Counted from the first letter of the stretch, positions 51,135 through 62,669 are shown. The stretch is 64,000 bases of DNA from Desulfurococcaceae archaeon (GCA_028275705.1 JAPWUD010000004.1:22001-86000); one strand, 5' to 3'. The notes: generated by a model from the sequence alone, not told the origin. Made by a program: numbers and translations.

Positions 51135-52040
51135 GTGCTTTGCTTGAGCCTCGCCGAGTTTAAGGAGAAGATTTTACATTTGCTAAGAGAAGATGAAGAG
51201 TTTAGAATGGCTGTAGCTGGCTTAATTGGGCTTGATGCAATTTTAAGCGAGCTTAGGAAGCTGCGCGAGGACTTCAATAAATTCGTGGAGTTGCAGGAGA
51301 AGAGGTGGGAGGAGGAAGTCAAAAAATGGGAAGAGCAGGCTAAAAGATGGGAGGAGAATAATAAACGCTGGGAGGAGCAAGCCAAGAGATGGGAGGAGGA
51401 GGCTAGGAGGTGGGAGGAGAACAATAAGAGATGGGAGGAAAACAATAGAAGGTGGGAGGAGCAAGCCAAGTGGTGGGAAGAGCAGACTAAAAGGTGGGAA
51501 GAGAACAATAGAAGGTGGGAGGAGAATAATAGGAGATGGGAAGAGAATAACAAGAGATGGAAGGAGGCATACAAGAGATTTGAAGTCATTGAGAGGAAGC
51601 TATTAGAGCACGATAAGAGATTTGAGGCCATAGAGAAGACTCTATTAAATCACACTCTGGTATTAGAAGACCTTGTGAAGAGGGTTTCTAGACTTGAGCT
51701 CGAAGTTGGGGCTCTCTCAGAGATCACTCTAACGAGGTATGTCTGGGATGATTTAAGGGAAGAGTTTAAACTAAGAGGTGAAGAAGTCGTTGAGAGAGTG
51801 AGGAATGCGAGAGTGAATGGACACGAGGTAGATCTACTCGTTGAGACAAACAAGAACATCTACATTGTCGAGGTAAAAATTAAGCCGACGAGGAAACACG
51901 TAGATAGTCTCCTAAGGAAGTCCAAAGCTACAATGGAGAAGTATGGTAAACCAGTAGTCCCAATACTAGCTGGCACAATGATAGGAAACGATGTCGAGGA
52001 GTACGCGGAGAGCAAGAATATCAAGGTATACAAATACTAG
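51135..52040 (+). CDS. Coiled-coil heptad-repeat protein with C-terminal PD-(D/E)XK nuclease-like domain (PaREP/DUF3782-like)
   Basis: EDEEFR.AVAGL.G N-terminus, RWEE(NN/QA)K repeats, EVDLL...IVEVK motif. Confidence 0.85.
   Translation: MLCLSLAEFKEKILHLLREDEEFRMAVAGLIGLDAILSELRKLREDFNKFVELQEKRWEEEVKKWEEQAKRWEENNKRWEEQAKRWEEEARRWEENNKRWEENNRRWEEQAKWWEEQTKRWEENNRRWEENNRRWEENNKRWKEAYKRFEVIERKLLEHDKRFEAIEKTLLNHTLVLEDLVKRVSRLELEVGALSEITLTRYVWDDLREEFKLRGEEVVERVRNARVNGHEVDLLVETNKNIYIVEVKIKPTRKHVDSLLRKSKATMEKYGKPVVPILAGTMIGNDVEEYAESKNIKVYKY
51300..51565 (+). repeat. ~12 imperfect 21-nt tandem repeats encoding (R/K)WEE(NN/QA/QT/EA)(K/R)
   Basis: Recurring AG(A/G)TGGGA(G/A)GAG every 21 nt. Confidence 0.9.
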
Positions 52041-52216
52041 TTGTCAATAGCGTTCTAACTCAAGCCCGGTTCCTGGAACAGCGATCTCGATTAGCCCGCC
52101 TCAATTGATTACCAATCTCAGCGTGCTAATTGACTCAGGTGGGTTTAAGGAGCCATCGTGTCTCTCACAGTTACTCATACATCACTCGCTTTTTCTCTAA
52201 TTCCACGAGTATTCAC

Positions 52217-53857
52217 CTAATCTCTCGTCTTGCTCGTTATAAGGAGCCTAGCCGAGTGCATTTTCATTATTTCCTTTGATGCTTCGATTATCTCTAATAT
52301 GTCTCTCTTCTCCTCCTCGCTTAACCCTCTCCGTAGTTTTAACTGCACTTTGAGCGCTGAGAAGGGTAGCATTGTTAAGTCCTTCAGGTACTTGAAGAAT
52401 TTGCCAATTACGAATTTCGTTGCATTTGCTAGATATAGATCCTTCTCGGTTCTTGGCTTCGAGAAGAGCGTGCGCTTAGATATGGCTTTCAGCGCTTTCT
52501 TCACGAAGAAGTAGTAGTTCGCCCACCTCTGCTTTAAGTAGAGTTTGTATGGTGGGATCTTCACTCTCATTACAGGGGTGAGGCAGTCGTATTGATCCCA
52601 GTTTAGAGTTAGGAGAGAGTTGTTCAAGGCTGCCCTATTAAAAGCATCCGTCCCAGGTAGTGGCGTGTAGATTGAGAACTGGGCCGAGTCCAGGCCATAC
52701 TCAATGAGCTCTACAGCGAACTTTATAGTTTTACTCATAGCCTCTTCATCCTCATAGGGTGCTCCAAGCATGAAGCCACCATGGACTATTATGCCATTAC
52801 TTGACAAGAGCTTTACCGCCTTAGTGGATTCACTTAGCTGAAGCCCCTTCCTCATGTTTTTAAGAGTCTCAGCGTCTCCGGACTCGATGCCTAGAAATGC
52901 AACTCGCACGCCTGCCTCATATAATAAGGGTGGAAGCCACTCATTTCTCGCCACAAAGTCTGCTCTAAGCTGGATTAGGAATCGAAGCTTGTTAAGTCCC
53001 TCGCTAATTATTCTACGTAGCATTTCTACTCTTTCATCAATAATCCTCTTTATTGGTACAATGAAGTTATCGTCTACAATAAACACCCATTTATATCCGA
53101 GCTCTAATACCCTCCGAAGCTCCGCCAATACTCTCTCAACACTCTTAAACCTCCACGTGGCACCCCACATCTTGGTTACAGAGCAGTACTCGCAGTTGTA
53201 GGGGCAGCCCCGCGAGGTCTCAACAGTTACTATGTTGCCATCTGGGTCTAAAACACGTAGTTTATAGATTTCTTTGTCAAATATCTCGAAAGCGGGCATT
53301 GGTAGTTCATCCAGGCTTTCCACGAGGTCCGGTAGCCCTGTTACGACAACGTTGTCTCTATCTCTATACGCTATACCCTTCACTCTCCTCCAATCGCCAC
53401 TTTCTTTAACCTCCTTGAGGAACTCTCCAAAAGAGATCTCGCCCTCGCTGAGAAAAACCACGTCAAATCCTCTTCTAAGCATGAGTGGGTATGTGAATGT
53501 TGCGTGATGACCGCCAGCAACTACAAAACTTGAAACTCTCTTAAGCTCACTAGCTAATTCTATCGATGGCTTAGCCAGTGTTGAAGCATTAACTATGAAG
53601 GCGGTAACGTCGGGGTCGTAATCAAGTATTTCACCCACGAAGTCCTCAAACAAGCTACCATTAGCCCTGGCATCAAAAAACCTTACATCGAAACCACTCT
53701 CTCTAGCAACACTAGCAAGGCTTGCGGCAGCGAGTGGAGGTAATACTATGCCAAAAGCCCCCTCATACCCGCTTTTCAAGGACTCTGCGTAAACAAGAGC
53801 TACTCTCGTGCCACGCCACCAGAAAACTAAGTAATCATGGGGAGGGTTATTATACAC
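52217..53857 (-). CDS. Cobalamin-binding radical SAM protein (class B-like)
   Basis: N-terminal B12-binding domain (PPL, AGGHHAT, EGE); ETSRGCPYNCEYC, DDNF, GIESG, TPLPGT; real start probably later (~53810). Confidence 0.92.
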   Translation of the reverse strand: MYNNPPHDYLVFWWRGTRVALVYAESLKSGYEGAFGIVLPPLAAASLASVARESGFDVRFFDARANGSLFEDFVGEILDYDPDVTAFIVNASTLAKPSIELASELKRVSSFVVAGGHHATFTYPLMLRRGFDVVFLSEGEISFGEFLKEVKESGDWRRVKGIAYRDRDNVVVTGLPDLVESLDELPMPAFEIFDKEIYKLRVLDPDGNIVTVETSRGCPYNCEYCSVTKMWGATWRFKSVERVLAELRRVLELGYKWVFIVDDNFIVPIKRIIDERVEMLRRIISEGLNKLRFLIQLRADFVARNEWLPPLLYEAGVRVAFLGIESGDAETLKNMRKGLQLSESTKAVKLLSSNGIIVHGGFMLGAPYEDEEAMSKTIKFAVELIEYGLDSAQFSIYTPLPGTDAFNRAALNNSLLTLNWDQYDCLTPVMRVKIPPYKLYLKQRWANYYFFVKKALKAISKRTLFSKPRTEKDLYLANATKFVIGKFFKYLKDLTMLPFSALKVQLKLRRGLSEEEKRDILEIIEASKEIMKMHSARLLITSKTRD

Positions 53858-54601
53858 ATATAGCTAAGTTTCGAGGACAGTATGGAAGTGTAAAATATTA
53901 GCTGGGAATAAATGTATAGAGGTATGTTCGGGGAATAACGGGGTTGCTTAAAATAGGGGAGTAGTATAGAACCAAGCCTCTTATATTGGTTTCTACGGGT
54001 TTACGAGGCTTGAGATGAGTCCTGCTAAGCTAACGTCTTTCTGCGAGAGCTTTCAAGTGTAATTCATATGCAAGCCCTTAGTCTCCGGCCAGGTGTATGC
54101 GAGTGAGTTTGAGCAGTCTATTGGAATAGGTAACCTGTACTACTAGTGATTTTGGATAGAGCAGGCACTATTCTATCAATGCTCCAACCAGAAGGCTCGG
54201 CGACTTTTGTTTTCACAGCCAGCTCTAATGTGTTCAATCTAGGCTTGTAGAAGACCACATTTACTCAGTCAACGTATTCTCCATACGAGCTAATAATCCT
54301 CCTGATACAGCCTATTCCAGAGCAAATACTAGCGTCAGGCCGCATACTTGAATACTTCTTCGTGATCCTTTCCCCGCCCTCTATTTACACACTAATGTTG
54401 GTACCGCGAATACGTTATCGTGGTGTTCACAGCTATGGAGGTTCCATTGATAAATCCGTTAATGAACCGTGTACTCATTCCTTGATCTAGCCATCTTACC
54501 GATTTCTAGATGCATATATTTGATAAAAACACAGCTTCTTGTTTGAAACATAGGTAGTGCGGAAGAAATAAATTTATCATGCACACTACTATATAACTAG
54601 T

Positions 54602-55543
54602 GTGTTGTCCACAGGTATGGTGGTTTATTTGAGTAGACTCGTGTTCGTTGAGAGATCTCACGTTTTCTACGCGTTTGACCCGTATTTAAAGCCGGCTGCT
54701 ATTGCTGAGCCTGGTGATCTCGTTTTCTTCGAAACACAGGATTGTTTTGGAGGTCAGATTAAGAGCGAAGAGGACACTATTGAGAAAGTAGATTTCTCTA
54801 GAGTAAATCCCGCCACAGGGCCTCTCTATGTTGAGGGTGCAGAGCCTGGTGACGCTCTGGTAATGGATGTACTATCCATTGAGGTCTCGGAGAAAGGTTT
54901 TGTGGTTACTGCACCTGGTGCTGGGGTTCTTGGTGATAAAGTGAAAAAGTCTAAGACTAGAGTGTGTAGAGTCATTGGTGACTACGTTGAGTATGCAGGG
55001 TTGAAAATGCCGGCTTGGAGAATGATCGGTGTAATTGGTGTTGCAAGCGGCGAGAAGTCTCCAACTGGGACGCCTGGTAGACATGGTGGTAACCTAGACA
55101 CGAAGTTTATAACGACTGGGGCTAGAGTATACTTACCGGTCTTCTACGAGGGTGGTTTACTAGGCATTGGTGATTTACACGCAGTTATGGGGCATGGTGA
55201 AGTCTGTGTTGCAGCGTGTGAAGTATCAGGATCTGTGCTAGTGCGTGTAAACGTTTTAAAGAATACTGCACCAGCATGGCCTATAGTGGAGTACGGGGAT
55301 TCATTATACATCCTGGTATCAAAAGAAACCATTAGTGACTCTATATTAGAGGCCGCTGATATAGCCGTGAGCACTTTATCTAAGGCGCTTGGACTGGAGT
55401 GGATTGACGCCTACATGCTCACAAGTCTCGCAGTAGATGTTGGAATAAGCCAATTGGTAGACCCCAGGAAAACTGTTTGGATAAAAATTCCCAAGTATCT
55501 AGTCCCCATAGAGAAAATACTTAAAGCACTGGGAATTCAGTGA
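54602..55543 (+). CDS. Acetamidase/formamidase family protein
   Basis: ETQDCFGG, NPATGP, HGGNLD, GDLHAVMGHGEV. Confidence 0.92.
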   Translation: MLSTGMVVYLSRLVFVERSHVFYAFDPYLKPAAIAEPGDLVFFETQDCFGGQIKSEEDTIEKVDFSRVNPATGPLYVEGAEPGDALVMDVLSIEVSEKGFVVTAPGAGVLGDKVKKSKTRVCRVIGDYVEYAGLKMPAWRMIGVIGVASGEKSPTGTPGRHGGNLDTKFITTGARVYLPVFYEGGLLGIGDLHAVMGHGEVCVAACEVSGSVLVRVNVLKNTAPAWPIVEYGDSLYILVSKETISDSILEAADIAVSTLSKALGLEWIDAYMLTSLAVDVGISQLVDPRKTVWIKIPKYLVPIEKILKALGIQ

Positions 55544-55799
55544 ATTTGATAAAAACACGTATAGTGCTTACGCAGTACGTATGGGCTATAGTGTTGAGGG
55601 ATTATTGTGTTTTACTACTAGTGTGGCTCGCGCTCAAGCATTATAAGTGAGTACTTTTACGCGAGACTAACCACTAGGCTTTTAACACGATCATTATACG
55701 AAATTCCCGGTTTAAAAATATGCTACAAACTCGCTAAATAAGAACGCTAGAACTGCTGGTTCAGTATTTTATGCCATTAGCAATTAAGCTATTTCCACA

Positions 55800-57098
55800 C
55801 TACTTCTTCTCAAGCCTTATCCTGACGGCTTTATAGTGATTTGTAAGTCCCTCGCAAGTCGCAAATATCTGAACATACTTCGCAATACTTTCTAGTGCTT
55901 TGGGCTCTACCATGGCTATATCTATGAATTTGAGAAAGTCTAGGATGCTCAAACCACCCCTAAACTTAGCGTATCCACCAGTTGGTAGAACATGATTGGG
56001 TCCGAGAACGTAGTCTCCTAGTGGAACTGGTGTATACTTACCTATAAATATAGAGCCTGCATTTTTAATTTTAGATAATACACTGGGGATAACGTCTGGA
56101 GCAACGTGGATCTCTAAGTGCTCGGGTGCATATTCATCGACAAACTCTATGGCTTTATCCATGTCTTCGGCTACAATAACTGCTCCATACTCACTATATG
56201 CTTTCTCCACGATCTCTTTTCTCTCAATATTCTTTAAAAGCCTGCTCATTAATTCCGCAGTTTCCTTAGCTAGAGGTTCACTTGTAGTTACTAATACTGC
56301 TGAAGCGTATATATCGTGTTCTAGTTGTGATATCATGTCATAGGCTAAGTACTCGGGATCAGCTGTTTCGTCTGCGAGAATTAATATCTCGCTTGGACCA
56401 GCTATAAAGTCTATGTCAACGATTCCCGCATTTCTAACAATAGCCTTAGCTGCTGTAAACCATATACCACCAGGCCCTACAATCTTTTGGACTCTTGGAA
56501 CACTCTCAGTTCCATAAGCCATAGCTGCAACCGCATGTGCTCCACCAACTCGGTAAGCGTTTCTAACCCCTACGAGGTCTAATGTAGCGAGAACATAAGG
56601 GTTTACCATACCCTTTTCATTCGGGGGTGTTGTAACAACGATTTTTTCTACCCCGGCTTCCAGTGCGGGTAAAATAGTCATTAGAACAGTTGAAGGATAG
56701 GATGCTTTTCCACCCGGGATATATACACCAACACTCTCAATGGGCTTTACCAGTTGGCCAACATATATACCTTTACGTATTTCCTGAATCCAGGACTTTG
56801 GCTTTTGAAGCCTGTAAAACTCTTTAATATTACTTGAGGCGTATTCAACGGCTTCAATAAACTCCCTACTTACAACCTCATGGGCTTTTTCAAACTCCTC
56901 AGGGTGTATTTTAACATCTATTTCTAGATTGTAGATTTTCTTGTAAAACTCCACTATAGCCTTATCTCCTCTCGCTCTAACATCTTCAATAATCTTTTTA
57001 ACATCTGTTTCAATTCTTGAAATGTCTAACTGAGCTCTCTTTAGTATTTTATCTAGAACTGTCTTGTGGGCTTTGCTGAGATAAATAATATTTGACAT
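55800..57098 (-). CDS. hisD: Histidinol dehydrogenase family protein
   Basis: [51 protein letters not shown]. Confidence 0.88.
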   Translation of the reverse strand: MSNIIYLSKAHKTVLDKILKRAQLDISRIETDVKKIIEDVRARGDKAIVEFYKKIYNLEIDVKIHPEEFEKAHEVVSREFIEAVEYASSNIKEFYRLQKPKSWIQEIRKGIYVGQLVKPIESVGVYIPGGKASYPSTVLMTILPALEAGVEKIVVTTPPNEKGMVNPYVLATLDLVGVRNAYRVGGAHAVAAMAYGTESVPRVQKIVGPGGIWFTAAKAIVRNAGIVDIDFIAGPSEILILADETADPEYLAYDMISQLEHDIYASAVLVTTSEPLAKETAELMSRLLKNIERKEIVEKAYSEYGAVIVAEDMDKAIEFVDEYAPEHLEIHVAPDVIPSVLSKIKNAGSIFIGKYTPVPLGDYVLGPNHVLPTGGYAKFRGGLSILDFLKFIDIAMVEPKALESIAKYVQIFATCEGLTNHYKAVRIRLEKK

Positions 57099-57170
57099 GA
57101 AACCACCATAGATATATTTAAATAAAGCTTATAAATAACTCTTTATTATGAAAACATAAGGGATGGGAGC

Positions 57171-58637
57171 TTGGCGGGAGAATCCATACTATACTCTTGG
57201 ATAGGTGTAGTGCTGTACTTCATATTAATAATTGCTGTAACAATCAAGTACTACGCTAAAATAAAGAGCTTGTCAGACTTCATTGTAGCGGGTAGATCAC
57301 TTGGTTTAGCAATAACATGGGGTTCTATACTAGCTACTTGGTTTTGCTCGGGGACTGCTCTCGGAGGAGCCATGATGGCTTATTTATTTGGGCTACGCGG
57401 GGTTATAATGGATCCTATAGGCTCAGGCCTTTGTGTAGTTATCTTTGGCCTCTTTTTTGCGTCCACGTTGAGGAGACTAAAATACCTGACAATATCAGAC
57501 TTCTTTAGAACTCGCTATGGCCCCGAGATGGAGATAGCCTCTGCAGTTGTCCAAATTCTCGGCTATATTGGCTGGCTTGGAGGCCTCTTAATGGCTCAGA
57601 GCATAGTATTTCAAGTCCTACTAGGCGTTAACTACGAGATAGGGTTATACGCTGCTACAATATTCACAGCAATATATACAGCTCTAGGAGGACTACTGGC
57701 AGTCGCCATATTGGATTTTCTAAGAGTCTTTATATTTTGGATCGCGATGTGGATTCTCCTAGGTATCGGGATAGCCCATGTTGGCGGACTCGGAGCTCTT
57801 GCATCGCTGGGTACTGATGCGTTTTCAATTCTACCGGGGAAGGACCTTGAGTATCTCGGGTATGTTGGTTTCTTTGGAATTCTCTATTATGTTGCTTCAT
57901 GGATCAACCAGGGCTTGGGCTCTTTGTCGTGTCAAGACCTAGTTCAGAGAGCACTATCAGCTAGAGATGAGCGAACAAGTAGAAATGCATCTATCCTTGC
58001 TGGTGTAAGCTACTGGATTATTGGCTTAACGGGTGGGGCCCTTATTGGACTCCTCGGCAGGATCATTGTTCCAAACCTAGAAGATCCATCAATGGTCATG
58101 GTGGCTGTAGCGGAAAAAGTCCTTCCACCAGCTCTCTTCGCGTTATTCATCACTGGGCTATTGGCAACAATTATGAGTTCATCCGACTCCGCGGCCTTAA
58201 TACCTCCATCAATGTTTATCAATAATATTCTTCCATACATGACTAAGAGGGAGATCAGTGAAGCCTTAAAGTTAAGGCTTGTAAGACTACTCACAATAAT
58301 CTCAACAATTGGAGCACTACTAATTGCTCTCTACCTACCGCACCTCTACTTCTTAACCCAGATGGCGTGGTACTTAATGCTCTTTGTTCAAGCAATACCA
58401 TTCATTATGGGCATATACTGGAGGAAAGCCAATAGAATAGGAGCAGTCGCTCAAATGATCTTCAATGTAGTAGCCTGGATAATTCTTGGCACATACTTCT
58501 ATAATCAAACCAACGATGTATGGGCAGCATTCTACATGCCTGGACCTCTCATACTACCAATAGGCTTCATCATATTCGTTGTATTTTCCCTATTAACCCA
58601 GAAATCCCATTCACCTAAACAGCTCACACCACTATAA
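57171..58637 (+). CDS. Sodium:solute symporter (SSS family)
   Basis: DFIVAGRSL, TISDFF..RYG, YTALGGL.AV..D, QD.VQR.LSA, ATIMSSSDS, WRKAN..GA. Confidence 0.92.
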   Translation: MAGESILYSWIGVVLYFILIIAVTIKYYAKIKSLSDFIVAGRSLGLAITWGSILATWFCSGTALGGAMMAYLFGLRGVIMDPIGSGLCVVIFGLFFASTLRRLKYLTISDFFRTRYGPEMEIASAVVQILGYIGWLGGLLMAQSIVFQVLLGVNYEIGLYAATIFTAIYTALGGLLAVAILDFLRVFIFWIAMWILLGIGIAHVGGLGALASLGTDAFSILPGKDLEYLGYVGFFGILYYVASWINQGLGSLSCQDLVQRALSARDERTSRNASILAGVSYWIIGLTGGALIGLLGRIIVPNLEDPSMVMVAVAEKVLPPALFALFITGLLATIMSSSDSAALIPPSMFINNILPYMTKREISEALKLRLVRLLTIISTIGALLIALYLPHLYFLTQMAWYLMLFVQAIPFIMGIYWRKANRIGAVAQMIFNVVAWIILGTYFYNQTNDVWAAFYMPGPLILPIGFIIFVVFSLLTQKSHSPKQLTPL

Positions 58638-58760
58638 TTCTTGTTTTTAAACATTCATTTTTGTTTTTCAACGTTTTTCATTTTATTTACTCAATGTTTA
58701 TTACGCGGTGATTTTAGGCTACTCATGACGAATGAGTCTTAGGAGTACTTATAACTAGTA

Positions 58761-59260
58761 TACAGGGGCCTCATATTTGTTCATAATGGCTACAGGGATA
58801 GAGAGAAATCGTTGAGGCTGGTTAAGTCGGAATATGAGTATTTCGAGGGTGAGATCGACTTAGAGATTTAATTCCATCTATTTATTCAGGGAGTATTTAA
58901 GATGGATAGCTTTGTAGAGGGTGTTAGGGACTCCCTGGAAAGATCAACAGGGAGGAAGTAGGATACAACTTACTAAAATTCTTAGCGAGTAATGGAAGGA
59001 AACTTTATGCACTTAGATATGAAAGAAACGATCTAGGCCTATACACCTTATACTACCTAGAGAGACCCAGGGAAGCCCTCAACTCTAAAAAGCTCTCATC
59101 TAAGACAGCACAGTTGATAAGAATGAAGCTGGCGCACGGAGAAAAAGCAATACTAGTGGCATCAGAGCCATTAACGGAGGAGGAATGGCTGGAAATACCA
59201 AACAAACACATGCTAATAATAGACAGAAGCCTTAAAACGGAAGTAATTGATCTGTCCTGA
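58761..59260 (+). pseudogene. Class II glutamine amidotransferase (YafJ/EgtC-like) remnant
   Basis: Fragments YRGLIFVHNG, LKFLASNGRKLYALRY and ILVASEPLTEEEWLEIP, broken by frameshifts and stops; N-terminal Cys region missing. Confidence 0.65.
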
Positions 59261-60278
59261 AGCACTGCATCGATCTAATCCTACACAAGTACAATAAGCT
59301 GTATCACGGAATCAAGGCTTTTATCTATAAGAGTCTATACTTCCAGAGATATTAAGCTGAACAATTTATTAATCAGAGGAGACGCTGGAGATGATGAGAA
59401 AAATGCATCCTAGGCGCAAACTAGAGGAATTGAAAAGGCTTATCGAGGAGGCATTGAGTGCTATGGGTATCAGCGTTGAAGACTTGGTTAGAGATGTAGG
59501 GGAGTCTCGGTGTGAGAGATAACCCGTGGGTCTATGATGGGATGATACATAGTGACTCCAGCTAATAGAAAAATAAACCCCTACAGGTTGAGGAAGACCT
59601 TGGAGAAGCACGTTAATGTCTTAAAGAGGGTTAAGAATAGGAGAGAACCCAGGCCAGGCGATGTGAAGGGTGTTTACCTAGAAGAAGAATTTGAATATCT
59701 TTAATTGGTTTAAATGGTTCCCGGCTTGAATGATACAGTGTTAAACGTTAATAATATACCTCACGATATAATAGCCTAAACGAGTTTTTGAACCAAATGT
59801 CATGATCTGAGATACTGTCTCTAAGAACAAGTGTAGTGGTGGCTATTGAGCGTTCGAAATAAGTACTGAGCGAGTTCGTGGTGGATTAAGTTGAGGAGTA
59901 AATGAAGAGGTATACGTAAGGCGTAGTTTTTGACTTATTATTAATCACGAATATTAAGAAGCCATTGAAATCCCGTATATGCCAGACATCAAGCCTTTCA
60001 ATGAGCCGATCTCCAAGTACATAGCAGATCAACATGGATACTATTCAATGTAAGACGGGGAAGACAATTACAGTTAACGCAGGCGCAACCACTGTGCTGA
60101 GTATTATAGAGCACCCGTTCACTCAACCGCATTCATGATACGAGTTTGAGAATCTAATAGTTGGAGGACAGTTTGCGAAAGACATTAATAGAATACCCGC
60201 AAATCCACGTATACTTAATGCCTTATAAGACCTTAGAGACTTGTTGGCCAATAACGTAGACTCAGTAATGTCCCTGGT

Positions 60279-61190
60279 TCATTGACTACTCGTTGTAGAG
60301 AATACTATTTCGCTCGGCACTACTGTAAATACTATTCCCCTAGCTACTCTAAATTCCACAGGTTCCACGGCTTCTGTTGGTACTAATTCCTCGTATTCCA
60401 ATATGTTTTCCACCCATAACTCGTGTAGTCTCCACAGGTATTCCGCCTCCTCCCTTACAGCTTCTCTCGCTTTTACTCCCAGATCTAGTAGGTCTTTCAG
60501 GGTTATTGCGGCTGAGTGCTGCTTGTAGGAGACTAGTTTATACGCTATTTCCCTGGCTTTCTCTGGGCTCTCCTTGTGCATTCTCCTAGCTAGTACTCTC
60601 CCGCATAGCTCCGCATTGTGCTCTACAGCCCTCTTGTAGTCACCTAGCTCAACAACGGGTATTTTCTCGAGTATGGCCTTGGCTAGTTCACTCGTCAAGC
60701 CCTTCTGGCTCAGAAGGTCTAGTATCTCGAGGATTGACTGTAGTGGTATGTAGCGATCGCCGCGAGAGTCGTAGATGACTGGGTCAACTGGCCCGAGCTC
60801 AGCTACAGGCAACAATACTACTTCGTCGCCTGCGAGAGCTAGTAGTGTTGCAGCGCTCTTAGCGTAGCGTGGAATATAGAAAACCAGCTTCTCCCTGGCT
60901 AAGTCCTGTAGATATGTTGCAAGTATGTATGCTTCATCAATGTCGCCGCCACCACTAAATAGGACTACAGCCAGCTTGTCCACTATACCTAGCTCTCTGA
61001 GAACTGTGTAAATAGAGTCAATAGACCTAGCATTAATATATCTCCGAGGACTATAGAGAACAGGGACTATGGTGAAGCCGCTGGATTCCTCGAGAGCACT
61101 CACAATCTTGGAGGCCCCGTCCACGAAAACCCTGAATGCATGAACCTTCTCAACAACACTGTTGTCAATCAAGACAAGCACCTCCCACAT
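60279..61190 (-). CDS. ClpP/SppA-class serine protease (SDH/DUF114-like)
   Basis: SGGGD, PRYAKSAATLLAL, ELGPVDP, H...I motifs. Confidence 0.85.
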   Translation of the reverse strand: MWEVLVLIDNSVVEKVHAFRVFVDGASKIVSALEESSGFTIVPVLYSPRRYINARSIDSIYTVLRELGIVDKLAVVLFSGGGDIDEAYILATYLQDLAREKLVFYIPRYAKSAATLLALAGDEVVLLPVAELGPVDPVIYDSRGDRYIPLQSILEILDLLSQKGLTSELAKAILEKIPVVELGDYKRAVEHNAELCGRVLARRMHKESPEKAREIAYKLVSYKQHSAAITLKDLLDLGVKAREAVREEAEYLWRLHELWVENILEYEELVPTEAVEPVEFRVARGIVFTVVPSEIVFSTTSSQ

Positions 61191-61627
61191 GGTATATAAT
61201 GCAAACCAGCCGAAATAATTATACTGTTAGGGCGTCGAGTACCATCAAGATCTTCAACCAGATCTAGCGAGAACCCCTTTGAGACTCTTCAACCTGCCTT
61301 CTCTAACTCATTAGTAGGGTTCTCGAGGATCTCTTCGGCTTCCAGCTCTCTCATCTCCAACTCTATAAACCTAACCCCCTCAGGCCAGCTGGCCCTACCT
61401 CTATACTTCTCCCCCAACTCAATCCTCTTCACACCAAAGCTATCATTATCCAGTCACGTCTTGAATAAAGTCCGTATTTAACAATCTCCAGATCCACTCG
61501 CAATTATGTACAAAGAGTAAACGTAGCTGTAAAGCGAAGTACTTTAAGGCATCTCCGATTAGAAAAAGCAAGGCTTTTCATTATTTCCCGTGTTGAGGGG
61601 ATTATTTTAACTGGGTTTAGGGAGTTA

Positions 61628-62173
61628 TTGATTTCTAGGTGGCGTTTATTGGAGATACCGAGCTATAGGGTGGGTGTGGAGTATTTAGATGAGCCTTATA
61701 GAAGCCTGGTTAAGGAGTTGTGTGTGGCTCTTCAAAGAGTCTTCATGGATAAGCTTGTCTCTGTAGTTGTATTTGGCTCTGTTGCTCGTGGCGAGGCTAG
61801 AGTGGATAGTGATGTAGACCTCCTCATAGTTGCCCGGGGCCTGCCGAAGTCGAGGTTTAAGAGGGTTGAGTTATTTGAGAGAGCTGAGGAGCTTGTTGAG
61901 CCCCTTGTCGAGGAGCTCTGGTCTAGAGGCATCTACGTAGACTTCTCACCCATTATTCTAGATGTTGATGAGGCTGTGAGGCATAGGCCAATATACCTAG
62001 ACATGGTTGTCGACGCGGTAATAGTCTTTGACAGAGACGGCTTCTTCAAGGGGGTCTTAGACGACCTCTCCAAGAGATTGAAGACGCTTGGTGCAGAGAG
62101 GAAGAAGATTGGGAGACTCTGGTACTGGGTGTTGAAGAAGGAGTATAGACCAGGAGAGGTGATAGAGATATGA
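61628..62173 (+). CDS. Minimal nucleotidyltransferase (MNT antitoxin)
   Basis: VFGSVARGE...SDVDLLIV; real start probably ~61669-61675. Confidence 0.92.
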   Translation: MISRWRLLEIPSYRVGVEYLDEPYRSLVKELCVALQRVFMDKLVSVVVFGSVARGEARVDSDVDLLIVARGLPKSRFKRVELFERAEELVEPLVEELWSRGIYVDFSPIILDVDEAVRHRPIYLDMVVDAVIVFDRDGFFKGVLDDLSKRLKTLGAERKKIGRLWYWVLKKEYRPGEVIEI

Positions 62174-62607
62174 ACAATGTGTCGATGGCGAAATCATACA
62201 TTAGGCAGGCATATGAGAGGTTGAAACACGCTAAGGAAGCTTTAGAGAGTGGGAACTACCCGTATGTTGTTAGACAGTGTCAAGAAGCTGTGGAGTTATT
62301 ATTCAAAGCTTCACTCAGGCTTGTTGGTGTAGAGCCGCCTAAGTGGCATGATGTTGGGCCCGTGCTTAGGAGGGAGGCCCACAGGTTTCCCCATTGGTTT
62401 CAAGAGTTAATACCAAGGTATGCGAGGATCTCTAGGAAACTAAGGAGGGAGAGAGAACCATCTATGTATGGAGATGAAGAGTCTGGTACTCCTCCAGAGG
62501 AGCTCTACGACGCTGAGGATTCCAGAGAAGCTTTGTCATGGACTATTGAAGTGTTGGAATCTGTTGCAAAGCTATTCAAGGAGTTGACTAGTCAAGAACC
62601 CATATAG
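62170..62607 (+). CDS. HEPN-domain protein (HEPN-MNT module)
   Basis: CQEAVELLFKA.L, KWHDV, REPSMYG; ATGA overlap with the MNT gene. Confidence 0.9.
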   Translation: MNNVSMAKSYIRQAYERLKHAKEALESGNYPYVVRQCQEAVELLFKASLRLVGVEPPKWHDVGPVLRREAHRFPHWFQELIPRYARISRKLRREREPSMYGDEESGTPPEELYDAEDSREALSWTIEVLESVAKLFKELTSQEPI

Positions 62608-62669
62608 CGGGATTTTCACGATTTGTACTCGAAGTCCTCGCTTCTAGGAGTGGTTAATGTGTTTATTGT

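Noticed and set aside
51300..51565. CRISPR array
   Set aside because: The 21-nt period is in-frame coding repeat with no unique spacers. No CRISPR array was seen anywhere in the window.
59282..59293. 11/12 match to the flank (candidate guide) of mini-element B
   Set aside because: Short AT-rich match with a mismatch and no AYGCC-like adjacent motif; expected by chance.
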